38,898 bases of DNA from Draconibacterium orientale (lineage in GTDB: Bacteria; Bacteroidota; Bacteroidia; Bacteroidales; DYQJ01): NCBI GenBank assembly GCA_020719345.1, contig DYQJ01000001.1, forward strand, positions 5,621 through 44,518. The letters are read 5' to 3'. The notes beneath the pieces were generated by a model, which did not search any database, had not been told where the DNA came from, and saw nothing but the letters and a program-made list of their open reading frames with translations. Below, in pieces: positions 8,929 through 18,594 of this stretch. Numbering within the stretch: the first letter of the stretch is position 1; every line of letters starts with the position of its first letter. The translations under genes were made by a program, and so were the position numbers.

Positions 8929-9348
8929 CTAAAGTTCTACAATTCCTTTGTCTGAATAGTATTGTCCAAAGGTTTTGTCGCTTATTTTAATGTGATTCAA
9001 TAACCATTCTTTTAAAAAATTCATAACATCATAGCTAAGAGTAACGCTTCCGTTTTTGTATTCGGAGAAAAATAAAGAGACTTTTTGCACGAAATTTTGA
9101 TGTTCTACGATATGCTCCGGCGACTGCGGATATTTGTATTTATCAAAATATTTCTCTTCTGTTCCAAAATGATAGCCCGTATAATCTATCATTTTCTCCA
9201 AAATATCTTTAATCACAGCGTCTGCTTTTGCCTCAGTAAAAGCTGCATACAGCTCGTTTATTATTCCCACAAGATTTTGATGTTGTCCATCAATTTCTTG
9301 ATAACCAACCGAATATAAGTTGCTCCACTTAATAAGTTCTTTCTTCAT
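8929..9348 (-). CDS. Bacteriohemerythrin (single domain)
   Basis: W...YSVG...ID-x-QH, HFGTEE, H-x3-H and WLLNHI-x3-D di-iron ligand pattern. Confidence 0.93.
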   Translation of the reverse strand: MKKELIKWSNLYSVGYQEIDGQHQNLVGIINELYAAFTEAKADAVIKDILEKMIDYTGYHFGTEEKYFDKYKYPQSPEHIVEHQNFVQKVSLFFSEYKNGSVTLSYDVMNFLKEWLLNHIKISDKTFGQYYSDKGIVEL

Positions 9349-9366
9349 GTCAAATATAAATTTTAA

Positions 9367-9840
9367 TTAATATTCTATTTTATCTGTTTTTTCGTTCCAC
9401 ATTTGAAAAGCAATAATAGCTTCATCTCTCATTACTTGAATAGTTTTGATATTTCTTTTGTCTATCGGTTTTTCAATTTCTTCGTAAATAAACGAGTCGT
9501 CAAACCCAATGTTTTTAGCATCTGCTTTATTGTTAGCGAAATATATTTTATCTAATCTAGCCCAGTATATTGCTCCGAGACACATTGGACATGGCTCGCA
9601 CGAGGTGTATATTTCGCAACCACTCAGGTCAAAGGTCTCTAATATTCGGCATGCTTCTCTGATTGTATTGACCTCTGCATGCGCTGTCGGGTCGTTGTTC
9701 TTGGTTACGCTGTTGGAGTTTGCTGCTATAATTTTTCCGTTCTTGACAATAACTGCTCCAAAAGGTCCTCCTCCACTTTGAACACTATTTACAGACAAAT
9801 CAATTGCCTTTTGCATGTAATCGCTGTTAAAATTTTCCAT
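9367..9840 (-). CDS. guaD: Zn-dependent nucleoside/guanine deaminase (cytidine deaminase fold, GuaD-like)
   Basis: GGPFGA, HAE, CEPCPMC and GFDDSFIY motifs, with a C-terminal Tyr as in GuaD-type enzymes. Confidence 0.82.
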   Translation of the reverse strand: MENFNSDYMQKAIDLSVNSVQSGGGPFGAVIVKNGKIIAANSNSVTKNNDPTAHAEVNTIREACRILETFDLSGCEIYTSCEPCPMCLGAIYWARLDKIYFANNKADAKNIGFDDSFIYEEIEKPIDKRNIKTIQVMRDEAIIAFQMWNEKTDKIEY

Positions 9841-9927
9841 AAGAATAAGATATTAGGGTAAAAAAATCGTGTAAAGATATTAAAAAAAATAAAAAGATAA
9901 AATAAAATAAAAAAAAATGAAAATTAA

Positions 9928-9957
9928 TTGCATATTAAAAAAAATATTATACCTTTG
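9928..9957 (+). promoter_or_regulatory. Bacteroidota housekeeping promoter of the rplM operon
   Basis: TTG (9928-9930), 19-nt spacer, TACCTTTG (9950-9957), 52 nt upstream of the GTG start. Confidence 0.75.
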
Positions 9958-10009
9958 CGGTCACAAATATTTTTTAAGAAGAATTATTAAATTATTAAAA
10001 CAAAGTAAA

Positions 10010-10465
10010 GTGGACACTTTAAGTTATAAAACAGTATCGGCAAACAAGGCTACGGTAGTAAAGGAGTGGATTTTGGTGGATGCTGAGGATCAAATCTTGG
10101 GTCGCATGTCTTCTAAGATAGCAAAAATTCTTAGGGGCAAGCACAAAGCAGGTTTTACTCCTCACGTTGATTGTGGAGATAACGTAGTAATAATCAATGC
10201 AGCTAAGGTACGTATGACCGGCAAGAAGTTTGCGGATCGCAAACGAATTCGTCACTCGGGTTATCCTGGCGGACAAAAAATTACTAATGCGAAAGAGGTT
10301 ATCAAGCAACATCCTACCCGAGTGGTAGAAATGGCTATCAGTAGAATGCTTCCAAAAAACAGATTGGGAAGTGCTTTGTTCAGAAATCTTTATGTTTATG
10401 AGGGAGTCGAGCATGAGCAAGTAGCTCAACAACCGCGCACAATTAATTTAAACGAAATTAAGTAA
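10010..10465 (+). CDS. rplM: 50S ribosomal protein L13
   Basis: GTG start gives MDTLSYKT..., the Bacteroidota-type N-terminus, 151 aa; LGR...LRGKHK...FTPHVDCGD, HSGYPGG and MLPKN motifs. Confidence 0.98.
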   Translation: MDTLSYKTVSANKATVVKEWILVDAEDQILGRMSSKIAKILRGKHKAGFTPHVDCGDNVVIINAAKVRMTGKKFADRKRIRHSGYPGGQKITNAKEVIKQHPTRVVEMAISRMLPKNRLGSALFRNLYVYEGVEHEQVAQQPRTINLNEIK

Positions 10466-10466
10466 T

Positions 10467-10853
10467 ATGGAAGTAGTTAATTCGATTGGTAGAAGAAAAA
10501 CTGCTGTAGCCAGAGTTTATATTAGAGAAGGAAAGGGAAATATAGTTATCAATAAGCGCGACTACAAGGCGTATTTTCCGGTACCGCAGTTACAGTACGT
10601 AGTAACACAGCCATTGGCTACGCTTAATGCCTTAGAAAAGTATGACATAAAAGTAAACTTAGATGGAGGAGGAATAAAAGGTCAGGCAGAGGCACTAAGA
10701 ATGGCAATAGCAAGAGCATTAATAAAAATTAATGCAGAGGACAGATCATCTTTAAAGAAGAACGGCTTTTTAACTCGTGACCCACGTGAGGTGGAACGCA
10801 AGAAACCGGGTCGTCCTAAAGCACGTAAAAGGTTTCAATTTAGTAAACGTTAG
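10467..10853 (+). CDS. rpsI: 30S ribosomal protein S9
   Basis: GRRKTAVARV, GGGIKGQAEA and LTRDPREVERKKPG...ARKRFQFSKR. Confidence 0.99.
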   Translation: MEVVNSIGRRKTAVARVYIREGKGNIVINKRDYKAYFPVPQLQYVVTQPLATLNALEKYDIKVNLDGGGIKGQAEALRMAIARALIKINAEDRSSLKKNGFLTRDPREVERKKPGRPKARKRFQFSKR

Positions 10854-10857
10854 AGGT

Positions 10858-10930
10858 TGTTTAGTATCTAAATTGCTTAGACTACTCGCTGCTTATCAAA
10901 GTCGGGTGCTACTAAGTGATTGCCTAAACA
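10858..10930 (+). promoter_or_regulatory. Structured rpsB leader (putative S2 autoregulatory element)
   Basis: Nested stems TGTTTAG/CTAAACA, AATTGCTTAG/CTAAGTGATT (with G-U pairs) and ACTCG/CGGGT in the 104-nt rpsI-rpsB gap. Confidence 0.55.
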
Positions 10931-10957
10931 GAATGTAAACAATTAAAAAGAATTAAA

Positions 10958-11764
10958 ATGTCTAAATTATCATTTCAAGAGTTATTAGATGCCGGTGTAC
11001 ACTTCGGTCATCTAAAAAGAAAGTGGAATCCTGCCATGGCACCGTATATTTACATGGAGAAGAACGGGATTCATATTATAGATTTGCACAAGACAATAGT
11101 AAAGATGGACGAAGCTGCTGCTGCACTAAAACAGATAGCAAAATCAGGGAGACGCATATTGTTTGTCGCAACCAAGAAACAAGCCAAAGAAATAGTTTCC
11201 GAAAAAGTTAAATCAGTGGGAATGCCATACATCACCGAGCGCTGGTCTGGAGGTATGCTCACAAATTTCCCTACTGTTAGAAAGGCTATCAAAAAGATGG
11301 CTACCATAGATAAGATGGGCGTAAATGGGACCCTTGACACTTTGTCAAAGCGTGAACGTTTGCAAGTATCACGTGAACGAGATAAATTAGAGAAGAACTT
11401 AGGCAGTATCGCCGATTTGACTCGTATTCCAGCCGCTATCTTTGTCGTAGATGTTATGAAAGAAAAAATTGCTGTCCGCGAAGCACAAAAATTACATATC
11501 CCCGTTTTTGGTATAGTAGATACTAACTCTAATCCGGAAATTGACTTTATGATACCTGCTAATGACGATGCTACCAAATCTATTTCTCTTATAGTAGATT
11601 ACATGACAAAAGCAGTAGCAGAAGGTCTTGCCGAGAGAAAAGCCGAGAAAGAGAAGGAAGATACCGAACAACAAACCGAAATGAGAGCTCCGAAAAAGAG
11701 CTTACAACGAGGACAAGGAAGAGCAAGAAAAAATGCTCAAATAGAGAGAGTTGACGAAGACTAA
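10958..11764 (+). CDS. rpsB: 30S ribosomal protein S2
   Basis: LLDAGVHFGH...WNPAM, HIIDL, RWSGGMLTN, DTNSNP and IPANDDA. Confidence 0.99.
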   Translation: MSKLSFQELLDAGVHFGHLKRKWNPAMAPYIYMEKNGIHIIDLHKTIVKMDEAAAALKQIAKSGRRILFVATKKQAKEIVSEKVKSVGMPYITERWSGGMLTNFPTVRKAIKKMATIDKMGVNGTLDTLSKRERLQVSRERDKLEKNLGSIADLTRIPAAIFVVDVMKEKIAVREAQKLHIPVFGIVDTNSNPEIDFMIPANDDATKSISLIVDYMTKAVAEGLAERKAEKEKEDTEQQTEMRAPKKSLQRGQGRARKNAQIERVDED

Positions 11765-11800
11765 TTTTAATAATAATAATTCTAAAAAATATATAATAAA

Positions 11801-12628
11801 ATGACACAAGTAAAAGCAGCCGATGTTGCTAAATTGAGAAATATTACCGGCTCAGGAATGATGGATTGCAAAAAGGCATTGGAAGAAAGTGATGGCGACT
11901 TTAATCTCGCTATTGATATTCTTAGAAAGAAAGGACAAAAAGTTGCGAACACCCGCGCAGACCGAGAGTCTACTGAGGGCGCAGTAATAGCTAAAGCTTC
12001 TGATGACGAAAAATTTGTTGCTCTTGTTACTTTAAATTGCGAAACAGATTTCGTAGCTAAGAATGTTGACTTCGTTGCGTTTGCCGAATCAATTTTAGAT
12101 GTAGCAGTTCAAAATAGACCTGCCGACATTGACGAACTACGTAATTTGAAAATTGGAGATATTACTATTCAAGAGGAAATTATTAACAAGACGGGAGTTA
12201 CCGGAGAAAAATTGGGCTTGTCGTACTATGCAAAAATAGAAGCAGAGTATGTTATAGCTTATATTCACCCAGGAAACAGAGTTTGCTCTATCGCCGGCTT
12301 TAATAAAATTATTCCACGCGAAGCAGCTAAAGATATCGTTATGCAAATAGCCGCTATGTCACCTGTCGCAATAGACAAAACAGACGTAAGTCCGGAAGTA
12401 GTAGCCAAAGAATTGGAAATAGGTAAAGAACTCGCTATTAACGAAGGTAAAGACGAAAAAATGGCAGAAAACATTGCTAAAGGACGTCTTGCTAAGTTCT
12501 ATAAAGAGTCAACTTTATTGAATCAACAATTCATTAAGGATAACAAAATAACCGTAGGCGAATATCTGGCAACTGTGGACAAACAAGTAAAAGTAACAGC
12601 CATTGCAAGATACTCTTTGAGTATTTAG
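11801..12628 (+). CDS. tsf: Translation elongation factor Ts
   Basis: LR-x-x-TGSGMMDCKKAL, LNCETDFVAKN and MQIAAM; follows rpsB. Confidence 0.99.
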   Translation: MTQVKAADVAKLRNITGSGMMDCKKALEESDGDFNLAIDILRKKGQKVANTRADRESTEGAVIAKASDDEKFVALVTLNCETDFVAKNVDFVAFAESILDVAVQNRPADIDELRNLKIGDITIQEEIINKTGVTGEKLGLSYYAKIEAEYVIAYIHPGNRVCSIAGFNKIIPREAAKDIVMQIAAMSPVAIDKTDVSPEVVAKELEIGKELAINEGKDEKMAENIAKGRLAKFYKESTLLNQQFIKDNKITVGEYLATVDKQVKVTAIARYSLSI

Positions 12629-12649
12629 TAGCAATTAAATATTTTTTAT

Positions 12650-12681
12650 AATAGATAACCTTTTAGGTTATCTATTTTTTT
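12650..12681 (+). terminator. Intrinsic terminator after tsf
   Basis: Hairpin ATAGATAACCT-TTT-AGGTTATCTAT followed by a T-run, between convergent genes. Confidence 0.8.
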
Positions 12682-12755
12682 ATACTAAAAACGGTTTATT
12701 ATTTAACTTTCCAAAGTTGTAGTTACATAATAATAAAAGTTTAAATTTATAACAT

Positions 12756-13532
12756 TCAATCATGTACCACTCTAAAACCGATGACGATGCTGTTAGTTCG
12801 CGGATTTTCGGCGCGGCGAATCTCGGCAGATATACTCTCGGATTTGCTGTACCAATTTGCACCACGATGCACTTTCATGAGTCCTCTCTCAGCTCCCTGC
12901 GGATTCTTCTTCGGCGACTTTTGATAGTAATCTTTTGAGTACCAGTCCAAGCACCACTCCGACATGTTTCCATAAATATCATAAACTCCCAAAACATTGG
13001 GTTGTTTACTGCCAACTCTATGCGGATGCGCTTCCGAATTATCTCTATAAATCACATAGTTATCTATTTCTTTGAACTCATTTTTTTTATAAATCCCCTC
13101 TTTTGCTACATATTCCCACTCGGCTTCCGTAGGCAAACGTCCACCTTTCCATTTGCAATACGCCGATGCACCGTACCAATTTACATGGGTGACAGGATAA
13201 TTTTCATACCCGACCTCAACTTTATAAATACTATCTTTATAGATGCGGCAACGAAGGTCGCGCCATGTATCCGAAAGCGAAATCCAATAACTGTCATGCT
13301 CTATTTGATTATCATACAAATTTAGAAACGCGGCAAATTCATTATTTGTGACTTCATATCGTGAAATATAAAAACTTTTTAGCTTTACTAAATGTTTATC
13401 AGCATCTTCTGATGATTTGTCTCTGCCCATAAAAAAAGTTCCGCCCTCAATATAAACATAATTTGTGTCTTGTGAACTTGCCAAAATAACAGCGAAAAAA
13501 AATAAATAAAATATTATAATTAATTTTTTCAT
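12756..13532 (-). CDS. Exported FGE-sulfatase (SUMF1-like) domain protein
   Basis: Signal peptide; GGTFFMG, YEVTN, PVTHVNW, RLPTEAEWEY, PNVLGVYDIYGNMSEW and GFRV. Confidence 0.92.
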   Translation of the reverse strand: MKKLIIIFYLFFFAVILASSQDTNYVYIEGGTFFMGRDKSSEDADKHLVKLKSFYISRYEVTNNEFAAFLNLYDNQIEHDSYWISLSDTWRDLRCRIYKDSIYKVEVGYENYPVTHVNWYGASAYCKWKGGRLPTEAEWEYVAKEGIYKKNEFKEIDNYVIYRDNSEAHPHRVGSKQPNVLGVYDIYGNMSEWCLDWYSKDYYQKSPKKNPQGAERGLMKVHRGANWYSKSESISAEIRRAENPRTNSIVIGFRVVHD

Positions 13533-13631
13533 TTTTTCATTTTTTTTTCTTAAAATTGTTTTTTATTTTATAATAGTTTCGCAATAATAAAAAATATATA
13601 CCACAAAATTACATTTTAATATCTAATTTTT

Positions 13632-14369
13632 ATGAAAGTATTAGGAATAGACGTAGGCGGTTCTGGAGTAAAAGGAGCTATCGTAAATTTAGAGACCGGA
13701 GTCCTTGAAACAGAACGACATAGAATAGAGACCCCGCAGCCGGCAACTCCGGAAGCATTAGCGCAAACAATAGCAAAAATTGCAAGACATTTTGACTGGA
13801 ACAACAAAATAGGCATAGGTTTTCCTGCATTAGTTCAAAATGGCGTGATAAAAACTGCTACTAATATAGATAAATCTTGTATAAATGTTGATTTTGAACG
13901 TCTTGTAACGAAGATGACTAATTGTCCGGCAAAAGTCCTTAACGATGCCGATGCGGCAGCGATGGCAGAAGTCAAATTTGGAAACGGGAAAAATGTGTCC
14001 GGATTAATTTTTACGGTCACAATAGGGACTGGAGTAGGAACGGCACTATTTTTTAATCAAAAATTAATTCCTAACATAGAATTAGGACACGTTTATATGC
14101 CAAACGGAAAATGGGTAGAAAAATATTTATCTGACGCTACCCGAAAAAATGAAGAACTATCTTGGGAAGAATGGACTGCACGTTTTAACAAATATGTAGA
14201 ATATATAACTCTTTTACTTAGTCCGCAGCTTATAATTCTTGGCGGAGGAGTAAGTAAAAAATATAAGAAGTTTGAAAAATATTTGCCCAAAGAAGGAATA
14301 CTTAAACCGGCGATGTTACTTAATGAGGCAGGTATTATTGGTGCAGCTTATTATACGGCTGAAAATTAA
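13632..14369 (+). CDS. ppgK: ROK-family polyphosphate/ATP glucokinase-like protein
   Basis: [49 protein letters not shown] and IILGGGVSK. Confidence 0.85.
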   Translation: MKVLGIDVGGSGVKGAIVNLETGVLETERHRIETPQPATPEALAQTIAKIARHFDWNNKIGIGFPALVQNGVIKTATNIDKSCINVDFERLVTKMTNCPAKVLNDADAAAMAEVKFGNGKNVSGLIFTVTIGTGVGTALFFNQKLIPNIELGHVYMPNGKWVEKYLSDATRKNEELSWEEWTARFNKYVEYITLLLSPQLIILGGGVSKKYKKFEKYLPKEGILKPAMLLNEAGIIGAAYYTAEN

Positions 14370-14380
14370 TCTTTTAAAAA

Positions 14381-15238
14381 ATGAGTGAATATATCAATTG
14401 TAATGGAGAATACTGTAGAGCCGAAGAAAATGCCATCTCGGTGTATAACAGAGCTTTTAAATATGGTGATGCATTGTTTGAAACTATGTTCGCCTCCGGT
14501 AGTGAAATTCCGTTATATAACGAGCATATAAAAAGATTGGTCAAATCTATGATGGTCTTGAAAATGGAAATACCGGTAAAGCTAAGTTTAGAAGCAAAGG
14601 TACTGCAACAAGAAATAACTCGTCTGCTCACAAAAAATAAATTTTTTACCTCCTCCAAAGTGAGATTAACAGTTTTCAGACAAGATGGCGGCAATTATGT
14701 GCCGACAACCAATAATGTCTCGTATATTGTAGAAACAGAAAAATTGGCTATTGCTAACTTTGAGGTCTTAAAATCGGGATTAAAAATAGATGTTTTTACC
14801 GAAATCAAAAAACCAATAAATATTTTTGCTAATATGAAGACCGCAAATTCGCTTCTCTACGTGATGGCAGGAATATATCAACAAAAGAAAAATCTTGACG
14901 AGGTAATTATATTGAATCAAAATAATAATATCTGTGAAAGCGTTACTTCTAATGTATTTGTTGTCAAAGCTGATAAAATTTATACGCCCGCGCTCAGCGA
15001 AGGGTGTATTGAGGGAGTAATGAGACAAGCAATACTCCAGCTTGCAAAAGAAAACAACATGGAAATAATAGAGAACACGCTATTAACAACTGACAATTTG
15101 CTACAAGCCGATGAAATATTTTTAACCAATGCAGTGCAAGGGATCCGTTGGGTCGCCGCATTCCAAAACCGCCGATATTTTAATAAAATATCCAAATATT
15201 TAACCTTCTTGTTAAACAATAAATATCTAAATATCTGA
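14381..15238 (+). CDS. Aminotransferase class IV (aminodeoxychorismate lyase / branched-chain aminotransferase-like)
   Basis: NRAFKYGDALFET, H-x-x-RL, KT-x-N, E-x3-SNVF, GCIEGVMR and ADEIFLTNA. Confidence 0.9.
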   Translation: MSEYINCNGEYCRAEENAISVYNRAFKYGDALFETMFASGSEIPLYNEHIKRLVKSMMVLKMEIPVKLSLEAKVLQQEITRLLTKNKFFTSSKVRLTVFRQDGGNYVPTTNNVSYIVETEKLAIANFEVLKSGLKIDVFTEIKKPINIFANMKTANSLLYVMAGIYQQKKNLDEVIILNQNNNICESVTSNVFVVKADKIYTPALSEGCIEGVMRQAILQLAKENNMEIIENTLLTTDNLLQADEIFLTNAVQGIRWVAAFQNRRYFNKISKYLTFLLNNKYLNI

Positions 15239-15273
15239 TTTTTAACTATTTGTAAAATATAATATTTCTAAAA

Positions 15274-18200
15274 ATGAACGAATCCATTTTAAAAGCTTTA
15301 ATGCAATTGTTCGCTATTATTGCAAATGTGAACGAAGACGGTGTTTCGCATGACGCAAGAAATATAGTTGAAAGCTATTTGCGACAACAATTAGGACAAA
15401 CAATAACCGAGAACTACATGAAACTTTTTGACCAATATGTAGAGACACACATGCAAGATGCCAAAGCCGGAAAAAAAGGCAAAAAACGAATAGCCATGAA
15501 CTCCGTTAAAGTGCTTCTAATATGTGAAAATATTAATAAACAGCTACACCAAAAAGAGAAAATTATCGTAGTAATGCGGCTGCTCGAATATGTAAACGAA
15601 GATGGACATATTACTCAAAATGAATTTGATTTTATCACACTCGTGGCAGACACTTTCAACATAGAACGCGAAGAATTTAAAAGAATTGAACTTTTTACCT
15701 TTGGAAAACCACAAGAAATAGAAGATAAAAATAGCATTATTATCATTGACTCCAACCCCGAAACAGCGGAAGAAAAGAACGATGGAATCAAACATATCGT
15801 AAAAGAGAACCTCGACGGACGAATTTTAATATTATATATAGAAAGCATACAAACGTTTGTCTTCAATTATGACGGACATCAAAATTTATTCTTAACTGGA
15901 CAAAATATCGCAGCAAAACGAACTTATATTTTTGACAACGGCTCTATTATCCGAGGCGGAAGGATATCACCTATATATCAAAGTGATATAGCAAGTTTGT
16001 TCTTATACTCCGACAACAAACCGAAGATAACATTCACTGCCGAAAATATTGAATATCGTTTCCAAAACAATGCCATCGGATTGCATCAGTTTAGCTTCGT
16101 AGAAGACTCTGGACAATTGATAGGTATTATGGGAGGAAGCGGAGTAGGTAAATCTACACTTCTTAACGTATTAATAGGTAAATATACTCTCAGCAGCGGT
16201 AAAATTTACATCAATGGACATGATATTCACAAAAAGGGCGAACGTCTTGACGGTATCATCGGATTCGTTCCACAAGATGACCTCCTCATAGAAGAATTGA
16301 CCGTATATCAAAATTTATATTATAACGCTAAGCTGTGCTTCGGAACTTTTACCGAAGAACAATTACATAAAGCCGTAGAACGAGTCCTCAGCGACTTAGG
16401 TCTTTACGAGGCAAGAAATTTAAAAGTTGGAAATCCCTTAAACAAATTTATCAGCGGCGGACAACGTAAACGTCTTAATATCGCACTTGAACTTATTCGC
16501 GAACCGGCAATTATGTTTGTTGACGAGCCAACTTCGGGACTCTCATCTATGGACTCTGAAATAGTTATGCAACTGCTAAAAGACCAGGCTCTCAAAGGTA
16601 AGTTAGTGATAATAAACATACATCAACCTTCTTCCGACATCTTTAAACTATTTGATAAGCTGTGGATAATGGACAAAGGTGGACACATTATTTATAACGG
16701 AAATCCTATTGAGGCGGTTGTATATTTCAAAAAAATGAACATGTATGTAGATGCTGACGAAAGCGAATGTCCTACATGCGGTAATGTAAACCCCGAACAA
16801 ATACTTGAAATAGTTGAAAATAAAGTTATTAACGAGTTTGGAAAATATACTACCGAACGCAAAGTCGCAGCAGACGAATGGTACAAAAAATATAAAGATA
16901 ACATAGAGAGCAAGTTAGAAATAAAAGAAATATCACACAATCCTCTGCCGGAGACAAGCTTTAAAATACCCGGACGATTCAAACAATTTAAAGTCTTCTG
17001 CATACGGAATATTTTATCCAAACTCGCCAACACTCAATTTATGCTCATTAACTTCCTTGAAGCGCCAATTCTGGCTTTTATTCTCGGATTTTTTACCCGA
17101 TATATTAACGAAGACGGCGAATATATTTTTGCCGACAACAAAAACCTACCCGTCTATCTATTTATGAATGTAGTAGTTGCACTTTTTATAGGACTGACAG
17201 TTAGTGCCGAAGAAATTATTAAAGACCGCAAAATTTTAGAACGCGAGAAATTTCTGCATCTTAGCAAATTTAGCTATATCAATTCTAAAGTTTTGATTTT
17301 GCTCATCATGTCGGCTATTCAAATGTTCTGCTTTGTCTTAGTAGGTAACTTCGTATTAGAAATTCAAGGAATGACATTTAGCTACTGGTTGATTTTGTTT
17401 TCCACTGCCGCCTCGGCAAATATGATAGGACTCAACATCTCTGCCTCCTTAAACTCGGTCATAACTATTTATATATTAATACCTTTTATCTTGGTTCCTC
17501 AATTACTTTTAGGAGGAGCGATGGTCAATTTTGACGACCTGCATCCAACTCTCACTAACAAAAAATATGTCCCTCTCATAGGTGATATAATGCACTCAAG
17601 ATGGGCGTATGAAGCACTTGCAGTTCAACAATTTAGAAACAATGAATTTCAAATCCACTTCTATGAAATAGAAAAGAAGAAATCGGAAGCCAGCTATATC
17701 AGCTCATATCTTGTCAGCGAATTGGAATTGATAGCACGAAAGTGCGAAAAAGCAAAAAATGACACTGCATTTAAAGCTGACTATATAAAATATATAAATA
17801 TACTTAACAAAGAATTTAAGAAATTATCTAAGCTAAAAGACTTAAAATCAGTTGATTTTACTGTCTTACAAGATATTAATACTGACAACTTTGACTCGAC
17901 AACTTTGATTACTACACTTGAAATACTCGCTAATGTTAAAACTATCTACAATACAAAGCTTAACGACCAGAACACAAAACGAGATGAAAAATTTAATGAA
18001 CTCGTGGAACTATTTGGTAAAGAAGAAGTTTTAAAATTAAAATTAGAAAACCATAATGAAAAACTATCCGAATTTGTATTAGATAAGATGAACTTAAGAC
18101 AAATAGTAGAGACTGAAAACGGACTGATACGCAAAAAAGACCCTATATTTATGGAGCCAACTTCTAACTTTGGAAGAGCGCATTTTTATGCACCTGTCAA

Positions 18201-18357
18201 AATATTTTTTGGCTATCATATCAAAACTATATGGTTTAATGTTGCAGTAATATGGTTTACTATGCTGCTCATGTACATTGCATTATATTTTGATTTGCTA
18301 AAAAAACTTCTAAATAAAATTGAAGATTTAATACCAAAAAAAACAAAAAAACAGTAA
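15274..18357 (+). CDS. ABCG-type (NBD then TMD) transporter with a TerB-like N-terminal domain
   Basis: Walker A GGSGVGKST, VPQDD, signature ISGGQRKR, Walker B MFVDEPTSGL and H-loop IHQP; C-terminal ABC-2-type TM helices; N-terminal DG-x-x-x-x-x-E TerB-like pattern. Confidence 0.88.
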   Translation: MNESILKALMQLFAIIANVNEDGVSHDARNIVESYLRQQLGQTITENYMKLFDQYVETHMQDAKAGKKGKKRIAMNSVKVLLICENINKQLHQKEKIIVVMRLLEYVNEDGHITQNEFDFITLVADTFNIEREEFKRIELFTFGKPQEIEDKNSIIIIDSNPETAEEKNDGIKHIVKENLDGRILILYIESIQTFVFNYDGHQNLFLTGQNIAAKRTYIFDNGSIIRGGRISPIYQSDIASLFLYSDNKPKITFTAENIEYRFQNNAIGLHQFSFVEDSGQLIGIMGGSGVGKSTLLNVLIGKYTLSSGKIYINGHDIHKKGERLDGIIGFVPQDDLLIEELTVYQNLYYNAKLCFGTFTEEQLHKAVERVLSDLGLYEARNLKVGNPLNKFISGGQRKRLNIALELIREPAIMFVDEPTSGLSSMDSEIVMQLLKDQALKGKLVIINIHQPSSDIFKLFDKLWIMDKGGHIIYNGNPIEAVVYFKKMNMYVDADESECPTCGNVNPEQILEIVENKVINEFGKYTTERKVAADEWYKKYKDNIESKLEIKEISHNPLPETSFKIPGRFKQFKVFCIRNILSKLANTQFMLINFLEAPILAFILGFFTRYINEDGEYIFADNKNLPVYLFMNVVVALFIGLTVSAEEIIKDRKILEREKFLHLSKFSYINSKVLILLIMSAIQMFCFVLVGNFVLEIQGMTFSYWLILFSTAASANMIGLNISASLNSVITIYILIPFILVPQLLLGGAMVNFDDLHPTLTNKKYVPLIGDIMHSRWAYEALAVQQFRNNEFQIHFYEIEKKKSEASYISSYLVSELELIARKCEKAKNDTAFKADYIKYINILNKEFKKLSKLKDLKSVDFTVLQDINTDNFDSTTLITTLEILANVKTIYNTKLNDQNTKRDEKFNELVELFGKEEVLKLKLENHNEKLSEFVLDKMNLRQIVETENGLIRKKDPIFMEPTSNFGRAHFYAPVKIFFGYHIKTIWFNVAVIWFTMLLMYIALYFDLLKKLLNKIEDLIPKKTKKQ

Positions 18358-18375
18358 TAATTTATTGTAATATTC

Positions 18376-18585
18376 ATGAAAAATAGAGTAAAAATATTTC
18401 AGTACAACAAGCTGGTAGGTGGGTATTCTTTAGCTGTACGAGATAATTGGTCTTACAAAATCAAGAGAATACACATCTCCGACTATGAATATGAAGAATA
18501 TCTTAAAACTTTTGGAAATGAAATAGTTACTTTAGATGTTTTTTACCAATGGTGGAATAATTTACAAAAAAATACAAATAAATAA
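18376..18585 (+). CDS. Small hypothetical protein
   Basis: 69-aa ATG ORF that fills the gap between co-oriented genes (18- and 9-nt spacing). Confidence 0.6.
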   Translation: MKNRVKIFQYNKLVGGYSLAVRDNWSYKIKRIHISDYEYEEYLKTFGNEIVTLDVFYQWWNNLQKNTNK

Positions 18586-18594
18586 TTTATAGTA

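Noticed and set aside
9917-10009. N-terminal extension of L13 in the ORF track
   Set aside because: It overlaps the promoter; the GTG at 10010 gives the typical protein.
12705-12718. AACTTTCCAAAGTT as a half copy of the 33-bp palindrome
   Set aside because: It is a single arm with a deletion and too short to distinguish from chance in AT-rich DNA.
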